Translations under genes and position numbers: made by a program
Notes under the pieces: generated by a model
Seen by the model: the letters and a program-made list of their open reading frames with translations, nothing else
Told to the model about the DNA's origin: nothing
Database searches by the model: none
From: Rhodosorus marinus CCMP1338
Taxonomy: Eukaryota > Plantae > Rhodophyta
Length of the DNA: 64,000 nt
Direction of reading: 5' to 3'
Assembly (NCBI GenBank): GCA_029953675.1
Contig: JAMWBK010000003.1
Coordinates: 2,604,001 to 2,668,000 of the forward strand
Part shown: positions 33,089 to 46,197 of the stretch, in pieces
Layout of the letters: every line of letters starts with the position of its first letter
Position numbering within the stretch: the stretch's first letter is position 1

Positions 33089-33564
33089 AAATCTGAGTCC
33101 TCATCATCATCCTCTTCGTCGTTGAAGGACAGAAGACTTTTGTTCTGGGTCTTCACGGGTTCTCCTCCCTTCTTATCCTGCGTCCCTTTTCTATCTTTCC
33201 TGTCCTTCTTCAGAGTCCCAAAAACTGGCTTTGCCTCCTTCGCCCTCCTTCGTTTTTTAGTTTCCTCTGTACCGGCAAGCTCCACAACTGCAAATCCTTC
33301 CTCCTGGAGATCCGCAATTTCGTCTCTCTCCTCTTCCTCAGGATTTCGTTCATCATCACCAGCCTTCGTCTCTGCTCCAGTAGCAACATCCCCTTTATCA
33401 GGAGCTACTACCGCAGCTGCATCTTCCCCATCGCTCCCTTGCTCCACCGGCAACTCACCTTGTGAAGCATAGAACTGCCGAAGAAACTTGGGGATCTGCC
33501 TCTGATAGGTAACATTACTACCTTTCTTGCCACCACCAGCCTCTCCACCTAGCTGACGTCCCAT
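33085..33564 (-). CDS. DUF4604 (KIAA1143-like) low-complexity protein
   Basis: N-terminal VTYQRQIPKFLRQF and C-terminal NKSLLSFNDEEDD, typical of the family. Confidence 0.8.
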   Translation of the reverse strand: MGRQLGGEAGGGKKGSNVTYQRQIPKFLRQFYASQGELPVEQGSDGEDAAAVVAPDKGDVATGAETKAGDDERNPEEEERDEIADLQEEGFAVVELAGTEETKKRRRAKEAKPVFGTLKKDRKDRKGTQDKKGGEPVKTQNKSLLSFNDEEDDDEDSDF

Positions 33565-34700
33565 GTTCTCCAAAGGTGTTTATTGACCATCGACAGGCTG
33601 ACAATTTCCGATTTCTTCCCTCCACCGAAAGCATCAGCCGATTCTTCTCACCTCCTCTAACCTATTCACGCCGGTCACCAGCAAAGCAAGTTTCTTTCAA
33701 TCAACGTTCACAATTCAGAGAGAAGGCACAGGCCTCACAAAGCACAGCCCCCCCTTGAACGTCGTCAAACACCAGCTCGATCATTGTCCAGCTGAAGAAC
33801 CCTAAATCCCCAAAACGGTGACTTCAAAAATGGACAAGAAACACTAAAGAGTAGAAAAATAAGAAACCAAAGTCACCCTTCGTATCCTCTTTTCCCCCGC
33901 AGGCGCGCACCTCGCTACCTTGGGCCAGCAATCTCATGACTCTCGTCTTCAAAACTCAGGACGATCGATAAGAGGGAGGAATGTCAGCCGGCTGCCCATC
34001 ATCCGATGGAGGTAAATCAAAGCTGAGACAGGCTGTTTGACAGACTGTCCTTTTTATTGGAATTCTACGATATAATGTTTAAACGATAATCGTTTATGTG
34101 GTGACTAGTATCTTTTCGTGCAGAGTAAATTCTAGTTTGTTTTTTAAACAACAAGGAGTGTCTCCGCGAGCTCAGGACAATAAGATTGAGTTCAGTGTCA
34201 GCTCCTTGAGCTATGCGAATTATGATATTTTGAAATATTTATACGGTATATATAGGTACAATTGGTACGATATTTGGTTTTCCCTTTTTGGGCGGAATAA
34301 ATAAGCCTGTCTTGCAAATCGTTTCGCCAAAGCCGCCTCTAAATGGGGGAGACTACCGCAAAGTGATCTCAGTGTACTCAGATTTAGATCAGATGCTTAA
34401 ATTTTGGCTGCATTTGGACCATCTGTAGGGGAGGAGCGGACGTTGGGCCCCCCACTCAGCATGGGTTTGCCTGGTGACTGAACGTTGGCTGCTACTGAAT
34501 TAGGGGAACCAACGAGGGCTAGAAGAGAAAAGCCTAATGGGATGGGTTCAATGTCTTGCACTGTACTTGGGGTGAGCAGGGCTCTGCACGGAAGTTTCCA
34601 GAGCAGAGCATTTGATCTGCGGGTGGAAAGAAAGAAGTACAGGCTTTTTTAATATCCAGCGGCGGACGGACTACTTCCAATACCACCCGCCTGGGATCGC

Positions 34701-34724
34701 AGAGAGAGAGAGAGAGAGAGAGAG
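34701..34724. repeat. (AG)n microsatellite
   Basis: About 12 AG units. Confidence 0.95.
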
Positions 34725-35827
34725 AAACTTCCTCCACGTTTCCTCCAACGTAGCGTAGGTTTGCTTCCCTCTTCTTGTCTTTTCCGACAGGGTGCACACT
34801 ATATACGCATTGTCTATTCAGCGCGTGTTACTCTGCGGAAAGAAAAATTCGGTGCCTCCTTTGTGAAGATCACGAAAGAAAGTTGTAACGCCCCAAGAAC
34901 CCGCTTCCACCTGTTTCCGAGTAAAGCCAGATAGAACAATCCAAAATCCTCCCTTCTCCTTCCCCACCCACTTCCCCCCCCCCTCCTTTTACCCCGGCCT
35001 ATCAAAAAAAAGGAAAGCTAGACCAGTCTATCAAAATTTACGACGACATCCAATTTTTCCGTTGACGAAACTAACACTCCCGCATTACGTCAATCACAAA
35101 TTGGGCTCATCCCCTTACTACTGTCAAAAATTACAAAACTACAATAATATGAAGGTCCGCCGTGGTGCACCCCAACTGAGCTGAACGATGGATCATCAAT
35201 TCCCAATAAAAGTTTCTTGCAATCTTTGATTGGAGGTCAACGAATTTGTTTCTACCATACGAGAACTGATCCCGGAATTTTATTTAATGAAAGAATTCTT
35301 AACCGTCCTGATCGGAGGACCTCTTCTTTTCTATGGAAATTCAAATTTGACCGGTACGCGAAAGGGTCTTTTTCAAAAACAATCTTAAAGAAAAAAAGAA
35401 AAAAGGGGAATTTCGCGGGGCGAAATTGGAGGCGTTGGATGTCTTTTTTAAGGGCTGGAAAAAAGGGGGGTAAAAGAACAAATGGTCCGGTTTTTGCTTT
35501 TTTTTCCATCAAAATACTCTACTTTTTTTCCTTTTTTTGTCTCTCTGGCTCTCTCTGTCTCTGTTTGATCGGGAGCTGACGTTCCAGTAGAGGGATCGGA
35601 ACATGTCGGAATGCGGACTGAGGGGTAGAAGCCGGCAGGATGGATTAAGCATATATATATGTCTATGTAATTTTATGCGGGGCGGGGTGGGAGAGGGAGA
35701 GGGAGGGGAAGGAGTGGGCTGTGGGTTGGGTAGTTTTGTGTGGTGAGAGTGTCTGTTTGAGTATATGCGGTTTGGTGTTAGGTGTTGATGCTTTTTGTGT
35801 TTGTGGTTTGTTGTGGTTGTTTGGATG

Positions 35828-36427
35828 ATGGCCTTTGTTGGGAGCTTGGGTACGGGATTTACCGGGTCGCGGGTGGCTGTGTCCCGGGCTCCGGTGAGGA
35901 GCGTTGGAGTGATGGGTCATTCGAGAGTGAAGATGACGCTTGCACCGACGCGTGAAGAGATCACGCAGATTTCTGGGGTTGCGGCAGAGGGGTGGAAGGT
36001 ACAGCTGTTGTACGACTCGGATTGTCCGCTGTGCATGCGGGAGGTTAATTTTTTGACCAAGAGGGATGGTGGACGTGGACTTGTTGACTTCGTTGATGTT
36101 TCAGACTTGTCCTATTCAGCAGAGGAGCACCAAGGTATCTCGTTTGAGGACGCAATGGGACGGATTCATGCCGTTCTTCCCGACGGGACGGTGATCACCG
36201 GCATCGACGTCTTCGTGACGGTGTACGAGGCTCTCGGTATGGGCTGGGTGTACGCAGTTACCAAGATTCCTGGAGTGGGAAAGATCGCGGACTCCGTTTA
36301 CAACATGTGGGCCGACGCGAGACTGCAGCTCACTGGCCGAAGGGAACTGGCCGAGCTTGTCAAAGAGAGAGAGGAGGCTCTAGCTGAGGTGCAGGACTGT
36401 GAGACCTCTTGCAAGATTGAGTGGTAG
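35828..36427 (+). CDS. DCC1-like thiol-disulfide oxidoreductase (DUF393), plastid transit peptide
   Basis: MAFVGSLG start; LLYDSDCPLCMREV (DxxCxxC), AMGRIHAV, G.DVF...YEALGMGW. Confidence 0.9.
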   Translation: MAFVGSLGTGFTGSRVAVSRAPVRSVGVMGHSRVKMTLAPTREEITQISGVAAEGWKVQLLYDSDCPLCMREVNFLTKRDGGRGLVDFVDVSDLSYSAEEHQGISFEDAMGRIHAVLPDGTVITGIDVFVTVYEALGMGWVYAVTKIPGVGKIADSVYNMWADARLQLTGRRELAELVKEREEALAEVQDCETSCKIEW

Positions 36428-36893
36428 ATGGCTACCATCCGTCGATCTTCGATACCGTTTTGTAGATTAGTCACCGCCTCTTGCGAGAGGCATTTTGTCG
36501 AGCCCTGCCGCATGTGCTGCGTGTGGCTAACAGTTTAAGAACCCAGACCGGGAAAATGTAGACTAGGACCGCACCGTCGTATATAGCGTCCGAGAATCGT
36601 AGTACTGTAAATAAAGAACACAAATCCAAGCACGGCCAGGTCGAAGAATTGTTTTTTGCACTGTATCCGGCTTGTAGGACAACTCACAGTATGCACGAGC
36701 CCGTTCGGCAGTCACGCCATTACGGTTATGCCCGAGAACGCCAATTCCGTAACAGCCGAATGCATCAGTACGATTTAGTCAACTCACTCAAAATGATCGG
36801 CATAATTGGACTGAGCTTTCAGGGCGCTGTTTCTGAATAGGCGATTGCCTTTGGGAGTGAACGGGTGGACAATTCACCACCGAGGAGTTCTAG

Positions 36894-38151
36894 ATGAATC
36901 CTGTTTGGAAGATTCGAGCAGGACTTCTGTTTCTGGCTGTGGTAGCAGTAATCTTCCTGCTCTGGCCAAGTGGAGAGGCGGATTTCTCGAAGGAGATATC
37001 CGCCCATTTCTCTGTCCACAAGAATCGGATTGTTGGGGCAGCCAGGGAGAATCCGTGGGAAGGAGCGACCAGGGGTCCAGTTCAGAATCAGAGGATTGGG
37101 TCTGGCATATGGAGGACATTTCGAAGAAGGGCCAAAGGCTGTGGAGGTACCTACCGCCCATCGGTCGAGATACATGACCAAGTCCGGGTAGGATGCACAA
37201 GTCAAAGATAAATTAAAAGTCTGCTTATCCATCAAACGCCTTGGCTCTGCTTAACCGATCCTGTTTCTCAGGTTCGATATGTTGCGAAGTCGGGAGAAGA
37301 TGTGCTGGACCAAGTCCTTCGCGATGAAGGGGTACTCATAGACATGGACAAGGATTCCGCCCCAGAGGGACTCAGGAAAGCTCTCCTTGGAGCTTGCAAA
37401 GGAGATCTAGTTCAGCTGGTACTGCGGATAGCTTCAGTGGATAGATAGCCGACGCACATTCTTTTGACGTGAACCCGACTTGTGGCTTTGTTTACAGACA
37501 GCTCCCTCGCGCTTTGCTAGTACTATAGGTGGTAGCGGCAAGCACTCGTCGGTTGGACGAAGTCTGGATTTTCTCGTCGAAATAACGGGTCTGCTGAAAA
37601 ATAGATCAGACCGCCAACCAAACGATGAAGATGAAGATGCCTTGGCGGCGCTGATCTCCCCCGGAAAAGGGGGTCGTGGCGAGGACTGCAATACCGTCTG
37701 CAAGAGGCTATCGAGGGGTTGCTATGAGGTATCAGAGGCGTGACCTTATCAGCCACTGCCAGCCGTTCCTCCGGAAACTAATACCTCCTTCTCAAAATCT
37801 GTCTCAGGCTGCATTTCAGATCGTCAACACGTGCCCGAGACTGAGAGCTGCGTTCGATTGTACTGCTTGCGAAGTCGCCGCAGTGGGTACCGAAGGGCCA
37901 GATATGCCCTGCTATGTATCTCCGAGAGCTCCATCGTCACACCCAAGAGGATTCTGCATGGTGCATACGAATTTTCGAAGGTATCTCGACGTACAGGTTC
38001 CGAGCCGAAGCATCGAGATATTGACATGGTTCTTGGTTGACAACTCAGGTCTAAATGCGACGCCAAATACGTGCATACTCATCGTCTGTGTCCCTGTGTA
38101 CGTTCTGAAGACATAGTACAAGCGAATGCAATCGCTCAGGAGCTAGGATGA
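36894..38151 (+). CDS. Type II membrane/secretory protein: signal anchor, divergent FKBP-like domain and Cys-rich C-terminal domain; introns 37188-37271, 37419-37497, 37729-37807, 37981-38048
   Basis: Hydrophobic N-terminus; GCGG...DQVRVRY...PEGLRKALLGACKGDLVQLTAP...SLDFLVEI matches the FKBP layout; GEDCNTVCKRLSRGC...CPRL...C..C...PDMP...CMV...SKCDAKYVHTHRLCPC. All four junctions are GT-AG and in frame. Confidence 0.7.
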
Positions 38152-38379
38152 CCATGTGCAGACAGTTAGCTCACTCCTATCAGCCCCTCTGTGCGGTTTG
38201 GCAAGAAGAGGGACTTCTCGCTCGGAAAAGAAGAAGGCGGCTAGCTTGGACACTATCACGTGCTTCGAAGATGGATCCAGTTAGTCGAAGTCACGCAGTA
38301 CTTCTCCAGCTCTAGGGTCTACCCGGACGCCTAAGATCGTTTCATATGTAAAATCCTGATTCTAAAGAGCAGTTGCTTT

Positions 38380-41300
38380 ACTTTTGCGCAAGGGATTCAA
38401 ATGGCGCGAATTGCGGAGCCCTGGAAACGTGGCCTTCAACCTTGGAGTCAGAAAGGCATCGAAGGAGAGCTCCAATCGGCAGCGTTCCCCGGGAACAGAG
38501 CTTTCCACACAGAATTTATCGACGGATGAAATCTTGCGTTCTTTATATCCTTTGTTAAACTATGCATGACTCTTCTCTCCAAGCTTTGCTAGAGGCGGAG
38601 CCATCTTCACCACCCATGGAAAGCTATTGCAAAAGCCAGACTCCACCGGAAACCTCATTCGGTTTGCTTCAGGGTCGTCCGGATGTGGAAACGTTAAAAC
38701 ACGCATGATGTGGACGCCTTTGGGAAGTTCACCTGTCACCTCGTGATGTGAGCCGCGGGCTGTTTCTTTTGAAGTCTTACGTCCTGACGTGTGACTAAGC
38801 TTCATAAAAGCGGCGTCTTCAGTCACGATGTGAAAACTATGTTTTGAGAAGGTGGTTAAGGGCATGCGGTTTTCAGTGTGATCGAGGCACAGTATGTTGG
38901 GTGAGCTTGTGATAGCTGGCGTTGTTGCTGTGCAAGAACGCTGGGCGCCAGCTAGCGCAAGCCAACGCGTAAAGCTTCTGGCGAGTTTGCTCGAACGTTT
39001 GAAGAGCTACCGGACAAGTGTCACTGGGATATGGATAGGAAAGTCCGAAATTTCTCCTTGCGGAACGACCCTGGCGCTTCTTTCCCGTCTGCTCGGGAGC
39101 GATATGAAGGCTGTCGCGAGCTCAGATGATCTCACAATTTCTTTGCTCAGGTTAACATGTGAATCTTGCGGATTCTCATGGGCTCGACGTGCGGCAGGTG
39201 CTCCCTCAGCCCTCAATTTTTCGTTCAGCGTTTACTGATCACGCAACTTCTCTTTTCCCCAAAACAAATAGATGCAAAAGACCAGTATGGATATATCAGG
39301 ATGAAAGCAGAGGCCGCAGATGCGCTTGGCTCCGGAAGAATTGAGATGGAAGGAACGGTGGCACACCTTTTGGCCTTCTGCACAGACGTACTATCGACTG
39401 AAAAATCTGTGGAGGTTTGATCATGAACCACCCTCGAAACCGCTCAAATCATGAGCTTTCTTTTTTTGAAGTCAGTGAACACCTACTTTCACGGCGCGTT
39501 TAGATCTACTGCCTCGCGCTGAGGGCCATACACGGCCTCGTGAATGCTGGACCGCCAGAACTGATCGCAAGATTCTTACCTGGAGCCCTCTCCAAACTGA
39601 TTCGCCAACTCTCGGGGATTCGGTAGGAGCTATGCTATTCCGTTCTGAGACGAGGATACGATTTGGGCTGCTCTCTGGATGCTCGTCCGCCTCTCACCCC
39701 TTGAAATGTATCCCCTCCCGCACTTCTTACAGGAAGAGCAATCGAGAAGTCGGGGTTTGTTCAATAAGAGCGACATTCGCGTTGATCCATAGAGGTTTAG
39801 ACATGCCAGAGGTATGGTTCAACCTCATATGAGTATCCAATATAGTTGTGCACAGATGCTGAGTCATCCGTTGCACACGGCAAACCTTCAGTCTGGGAAG
39901 ACGACAGCAACGGTTCCGTTCTCTCAGCTCATCCAGCCCTCTCCCAATAAGAGCAGCAGCGATTCAACAGGTACGAAATGGGCGAAGAACGACTCGAACG
40001 AAGCATCCCTCAGAGCTGTGTCGCAACGTTGTTGTGTGTTCTTCCAGACGCTTCTGCAGATAAGGGGAATAAAGATGCTGCGACCACGGTTGTCGATTCG
40101 TTCAGAGTCAAGCGTACCCGAGAATGGATTCTCTCGGTCTGTGATCGTATCAGCGGGCTTTTGACAACGGTTAGCGGAGAGCGACAACTTTCATCGATCG
40201 TAGATTTTTCAGCCATCGAGTGAATTCCTCTCAACCTTTTGCCTTTGAACTTCAATAGGTTATACTGAGCCATGACGGACCTGCCTTGCACCGCGCTAAA
40301 TCTGTTCGAAATGCCCTCGCTTCGGGTCTAGGAAAGCTTCTTCAGCGACACCACAACAACCTCCGTAAGCCCAAGAAGTGTCGAATGATCGACACATGGC
40401 TCCGGGGCTGAATCAGTTGTTTTCTCATGTAGGGGACGAGTTTGTATCGATCGCATTCATGATATGCGCAAACACTGCTGCGGATATTGGCAAGTCAGGG
40501 AGTGAGTACATTTTACGGGATCTTGACCTGGAGCGGAGAGCAAGATACGTCGTAAGGATTCAGTCTCAGACAACGAAAGACAACGCGAACGAGCTCTTGC
40601 TGAAGTTCAAAGCTCTTGATGGGCTTCTCAAAGTGATCCCAGCGGAAAACCTGCCACCGCTAGTGGCAAGCCTTCAAATTGAAGAGGTTTGTGCTCTGTC
40701 CTACAAGGAGACGTCTTTTCTTGTCATTTTTTTGGATGAGGTCTAAATGCTCGATCACAATATTTGTTTGACGCAGGATCTTGTCGGCATGTTAACGAAG
40801 CACACTTTTGGTCCAGCGCCTTCATTGGACGGGGAAGTGCCTATCTCCTACCATATTCGAGAGGTGTGCCGCTTGGTTGGTCGTCACAGCTGCGAGAATG
40901 TGAGAATCTCGATTAACGCAGTCCGCAATAAGCCGGGTCTGAAATGAAGTCTGCACAAGCCAGCTTCTTACCACTCCGCTATTAGGTATAGTAGAAAACT
41001 CTGGCGCCGATGAAGAGGTGGCTGGAGCATGCTACGCGTTGAACCACCTTCTCCTAGGAGTATTGCTCGAGGATCCTCGACGAACAGAGTTTGAGACTTC
41101 CTCGAACGTCCGAAAGCTGATTAGGCAGGTACGAGTAGCTGCAAAGGTTCAAAAGGGGTTGCCTCATTCTTGGACCATTCCTTAACCATAGGTTCGGATG
41201 GACTGCTAGATTATGAGTTGCTTTGCCCTCTCTGTTCTACATCGAGCTGATGACTCTGATCATGGCGTACTTAAACGATTGCTAGCACTCGACGGAATTG

Positions 41301-43018
41301 GTGAAATAGCTAAATCTTCTGGCCGCCTTGCTACTCGTGAGGTGAGGAGGAAACAAACACATCTCAACATCTCAGAAAACGAGTTGTTGATTTTCTCGTG
41401 CAACTTGCACATGGCTCAATATTCTTTCTGGACATGTTCCAAGGACATTTTACTGCAAGTGCTTCTGCCTGTTCTTGAGCAACTGACCCAGCCTACAGTT
41501 GGGGAGGTATCAGCAAAAGCGAAATGGACGTTAGAGAGTATTTCTATTGTGGTTGGCTATGAATCGACAGCGGAGTTGTACAGGTATGTCGCATTCGAGA
41601 TTCGCGTCGCACGTATCGCTGAACGTCGTAAATGGAAGCCGCGGGAATTTACGCCTTACCAGCGGAACATCTTTGCGGTTTTCTGGGTTTAGACGCCATC
41701 TCAACTTTATTGTGGATACCAGTGCTCAGCTGCTCTCTTCAAGGGAAGCTGCTGACGTGCTGCGAGAGGTGGTTGAGATTGTCGGTGATGATGCGTTATT
41801 TATTCTCTCCGATCAAATAATTCGCGAGTCAGATTTTTTGCCCACATTGTCGGATGAGATGGCGGTTGTCTCACTAGAGAGGATCTCCAGCATTCTGGCC
41901 GCCGCTAGAACCGTCCCGGTCACTGCTTGTGAGTCACCCTTGCCCGCAATCCGTTTCGACATGAGTTGCCGGCGTTTCTCTTAAGCCGTTCTCAAATTCG
42001 TTTCTAGTTGGTCCTCTGGTGCCACGATTGCGGAAGGACGTTAATGACTACGTTCTTGAAAAGCTTGACATCTATTCTATCCAGAGCACGCCCAAAGAAC
42101 AGGAAGTTGAGGAGGTAAACGCCGTCTGGGAAACTCACACTCTAGTTGTGCCCGAGCCATCATCAGCTACTGATCATTGCGTTTGCGGTGCAGGAAGTAC
42201 AACCCGAAGCTTCCGAGGAGGGATATGACGAAAAGGAAAAACCGATATTGCACAAAGTGGCGGAGAGGACGCTTATGGGTGTGGTTGACGTGCTTCCTCG
42301 GAGGTCAATGGCCGTCCGATCACGAGCACTCAGGGCTGCGCTTCTGGCTCTGGAGGTGAGCAAGATTGTGTGAATACCCCAAAACAAAGAATTGCGGGCT
42401 TCTAGCTGAGCAACTTGTCTTTCGCCTTGCTATAAACAGATACTAAGGGATAGCACCAACCTACTGCTTCCTCGAGTAGCTGCCTTACTAAACTTAATCC
42501 CATCGCAGCTGAAGGAAACAAGGGAACTCGATGTTGTGGAAGCGGTGTGCGATGTACTGGCCTTCTTCTTCAAGGCATGCGGCGGGTTTGTTTCCAGTAG
42601 ATTCACCTCTGATATATGGCCGGTTTTACGAAAGCTCGTACTTCCGAGGTAATTCAATCGGGATGGTCTATCTCAGAGAAAGAAATATCCTAACTCGCAG
42701 TCCACAACTCCGTCTGCTTCTAGCCAATATGGGTATGGAGAAATCCAATCTGCCGGTGTTGCGATAACACTCTTGGAGTCGATCGCGGCGAACCATCCCG
42801 AAGCTTTGAAGCCCATATTAGAGGAAGTGTACAGCTACGTTCTTCGAGTGCAGAACTATCGACCGTCTTCCCGACTGCGGAACGACCAGTGCAAAGAAAT
42901 ATTGAGAGGGCTTGCCGTCGCCGATCCCGATCTTGCCTGGACTTTAATGACTGCAACGGCAAGCACTAGGACACAGTGGCGACCTCATTCATCCCTTCTT
43001 GCCTACGGATTTTACTAA
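38380..43018 (+). CDS. TTI1: TELO2-interacting protein 1 (TTT complex), multi-exon; 5' boundary and exon structure approximate
   Basis: LLALDGIGEIA, RSRALRAALLAL, LLLPRVAALL, ACGGFVSSRFTSDIWPVL and LAVADPDLAWTLM match TTI1 C-terminal motifs. Confidence 0.75.
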
Positions 43019-44207
43019 CTGCACTTACGGTAAATGAAGCATTGCTGATAGATATGGGGCTAGGACGTGGAGAAACTGAAACCCGAGTCTATAATCGAAC
43101 CACGCCCGCTCCACATATTTGACCGGCGCAATTTGTGTTGTGGTCAGGAGCGGCACTCATTGGACTCTGAGAACTGGTGCAAGCCAAATATTCCTCGATG
43201 GGTGCGGCAGCCGCCGAATCTTCCAAGCTGATTTGATGCCCTCTCTTATCCGCAGCGTCCAGGGCTTGGACATATGAGCATTTGCTGGAGTCGTAGGGCA
43301 TAACACAAAGTTCCCGCGATTCGGATTCGGCGATCCAGGCGTAAGTCGAAAACCATATCCACTACCGCCACCGTCCACCCCGTCCTTCTCTAGACTTCGC
43401 TTTCTTCGGCACGCCCTCTGGTGCTCGGGTTATCATGCGGGCCAAGATCCAATGCTGACAACCGGATGCGGGGGAAGGCGCGTCCGGTACTCAGCACTGA
43501 GGGGATCCTACCCGGGACAAGGACAATTTATCTCTTCAAAAGTTGGACCCGACAAATACATAGTGTAAAAAGTCATCCTCATTTCCAAATTGGTATCATA
43601 ATCGAAATCCAATGACCCACAAGCACCTGACCATCCACAGCTCCCAAGCCCCGGACCACCACATCCCCGCAGAGATTTCTACTTGGTCCAAATTTACCAA
43701 AAAACATTAAGATTTCTCCTCATGAAAGATGGGTTAGAACAAACAACTCCGTTTGCATAGAATGACTCCAAAACTTTACGATATAAAAGAAAGCTTGATT
43801 TTTGACTTTTAGCATATAGGGGTTGGACAAAATTGAGTAATTTATTTATTGAAAAAAGGGAAATGACTGATGACGCTGCTTTTCTTGGTTTGCTGATGGG
43901 GAGAAGAGTTTCGCGTCAATAGGTGAAGGAGAGCATTAAGAGGATCTTGAAGTTTGGTTTGGATTTGGGAGGGGGAAAGAGGTTGACGATCTGTGAGGGG
44001 ATCCTGTTTTTGTAGACGTTGACGATAGAAGCCTTTGGAATTGGATACGGGGAGGTCCCGCGGGGAGGAGGGAGTGGGGGGTGGGTTTGGAAAAGGTTTG
44101 TGGTGTATTTTTTTTTTGAGTGTTTAGGAGGGGTTTTGGGTGACTTTGGAAGAGCTTTTGCGGTCGTTTGGATTGAGCGAGCTTGGTCTCGATTGGGTTG
44201 CTTAAAC

Positions 44208-45516
44208 ATGTCTTGGAGACCGAATAGTGTTGCTGTACATCCGATTGTTCTCTTGGGAGTTGTTGATCATTTCAATCGGGTATCCAAGCATACGAAAAAG
44301 TACGTACATTCCCTAGCTTCAAGAATCACTTGTTTAGTCTGTGGTGGAGCTTGATCGAGTATTGCGATTTGTTTTCTTACTTATGTTAATTACCTTGTGC
44401 CTGTGATCTACTCGTAGGCGTGCGGTCGGAATTTTGTTGGGTCAGACATCTCGAGGAGTTGTTTCATGTACGAATTCTTTTGCAGTGCCTTTCGAGGAGG
44501 ATGCTAAGGATACTTCAGTGTGGTTTCTTGACCACAATTTTCTGGAGAATATGATGGAAATGACGAGGAAAGTCAATGCAAGGGAGCAGATTGTGGGATG
44601 GTATTCCACTGGCCCAAAGATCCGACCCTCGGATTTGGACATTAACGAACTCTTGCGCAACTACTGTGCGAATCCGGTATGTTGGCCTTTGGAGGTTATG
44701 TTCGGGAGAATAATCATAATCAGTGCCTTCCACTTATCCAAGTAAACATCCTTGCTACCAATCTCTTGAAATAGGTTCTTGTTGTCGTGGACCCCGACCC
44801 GAAGGAGCTAGGACTGCCAACGGAGGCTTATTTCTCTGTCGAAGAGCCCAAGGAGGCAACTGTACAAAGGACATTTGTTCACGTACCGGCTGTAATCGAT
44901 GCATCGGAGGCGGAGGAGGTCGGGGTTGGACACTTGCTGCGTGATGTAAAGGAATCCTCGATCTCCACTCTTACCAGCGAGGTGAGCTTCTCTGAACAGT
45001 TGTACTCTGGGCTTGTCATTCTACTTTTGCGCTGTGAGGGCTCGTGTGTAGTCGGATATTGCTAAGCATCATCAACGCGTGTAAGCCACACATAGGTCGC
45101 TCGCTAATAATCCTTTGAATGATTCCTTCTGGTAGGTCACATCAAAATTGTCCGCGCTCAAGAGCCTCATGATGCGGTTGCAGGAGCTCAAGGAATATCT
45201 CATGAAAGTGGCAGACGGAGAGCTGGAAGTGAACAACGAGATTATGTACAATATGCAAGACATTTTTAATCTTCTTCCCTCGTTCAATACGAAGGTGTTG
45301 GTGGACTCGTTCGCGTCCAAAACCAACGACGCAATGCTGGTACTCTACCTATCAAGTCTCATCCGAAGCATAATCGCACTGCACAACCTGGTCGATAACA
45401 AGTTGCTCATGAGGGATTCTGAACGTGAGGTTGCTGAAGAAGCTGGGGTTGTCGAACCGAAGGAGACTAAGGAAGGAAAGGACGTCGAGATGAAGGACGA
45501 GGTAAGCGACGGCTAG
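44208..45516 (+). CDS. RPN8: 26S proteasome lid subunit Rpn8/PSMD7; introns 44300-44417, 44677-44774, 44982-45135
   Basis: VAVHPIVLLGVVDHFNR, NSFAVPFEED, VGWYSTGPK, EAEEVGVGHLLRD, TNDAMLVLYLSSLIRSIIALHNL. Confidence 0.97.
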
Positions 45517-46197
45517 TCTCCACTGAGAGTGCTTGATCTCGGACTGAAAAAGTGGATCCGATGATTGTCTCAATCCAGTCAAAAGAAAATGAAGCTGAAA
45601 ACAAGTGAAGACGCGAGCGGTGGATTTCAGAAAGATGTGGTTTTGGGAACCGGTGCGTTCAGATGAAGCCAATGTGGATGTCTACGATTCTTCAACAATC
45701 GATTTCAACACAAGACACTTATAGTGAGCGCCGCCTATTGCTACCGGCTTTTGATCTGGGATTCTTTGCCCATGACAATTTGCACCACGGCGTAGACGAA
45801 GTTTGATTGCCCCGAAAAGTCGAAAGTGCGTGGCGCCGGGCTTCTGTTTGATCCAGTCCTTGAAGTAACTGAGATGTAGGAGGGTGTATTAGTACTTGAA
45901 GGGTGCGCACGGATGATCGACTCTAGGATGGTGCATTTGGAATGTGTCCAATGGCGTCCATTTGATCACGATATTCGTAGTAAACGGAAACAGATTAAGG
46001 ACGACTTTTGAGAGGAGCAGATGAGGTGCCTTGCCCTCACGATCAACAGTGAACAGTAGCAGGTATATCGTTTGGGCCGTATCCCGCTCTACGGATCCAA
46101 CAACTGGCAACGCTCCTTCTTTTCACCAGACTTGTTCTATGAAGGGGTGATTGATTACCTCTCGATTACTACTCCACTCACTTTATTCATAGGTTGC

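Noticed and set aside
43089-43500. Minus-strand ORFs downstream of a C-rich tract
   Set aside because: No recognisable homology and no clear ATG; left as a prediction under the skew finding.
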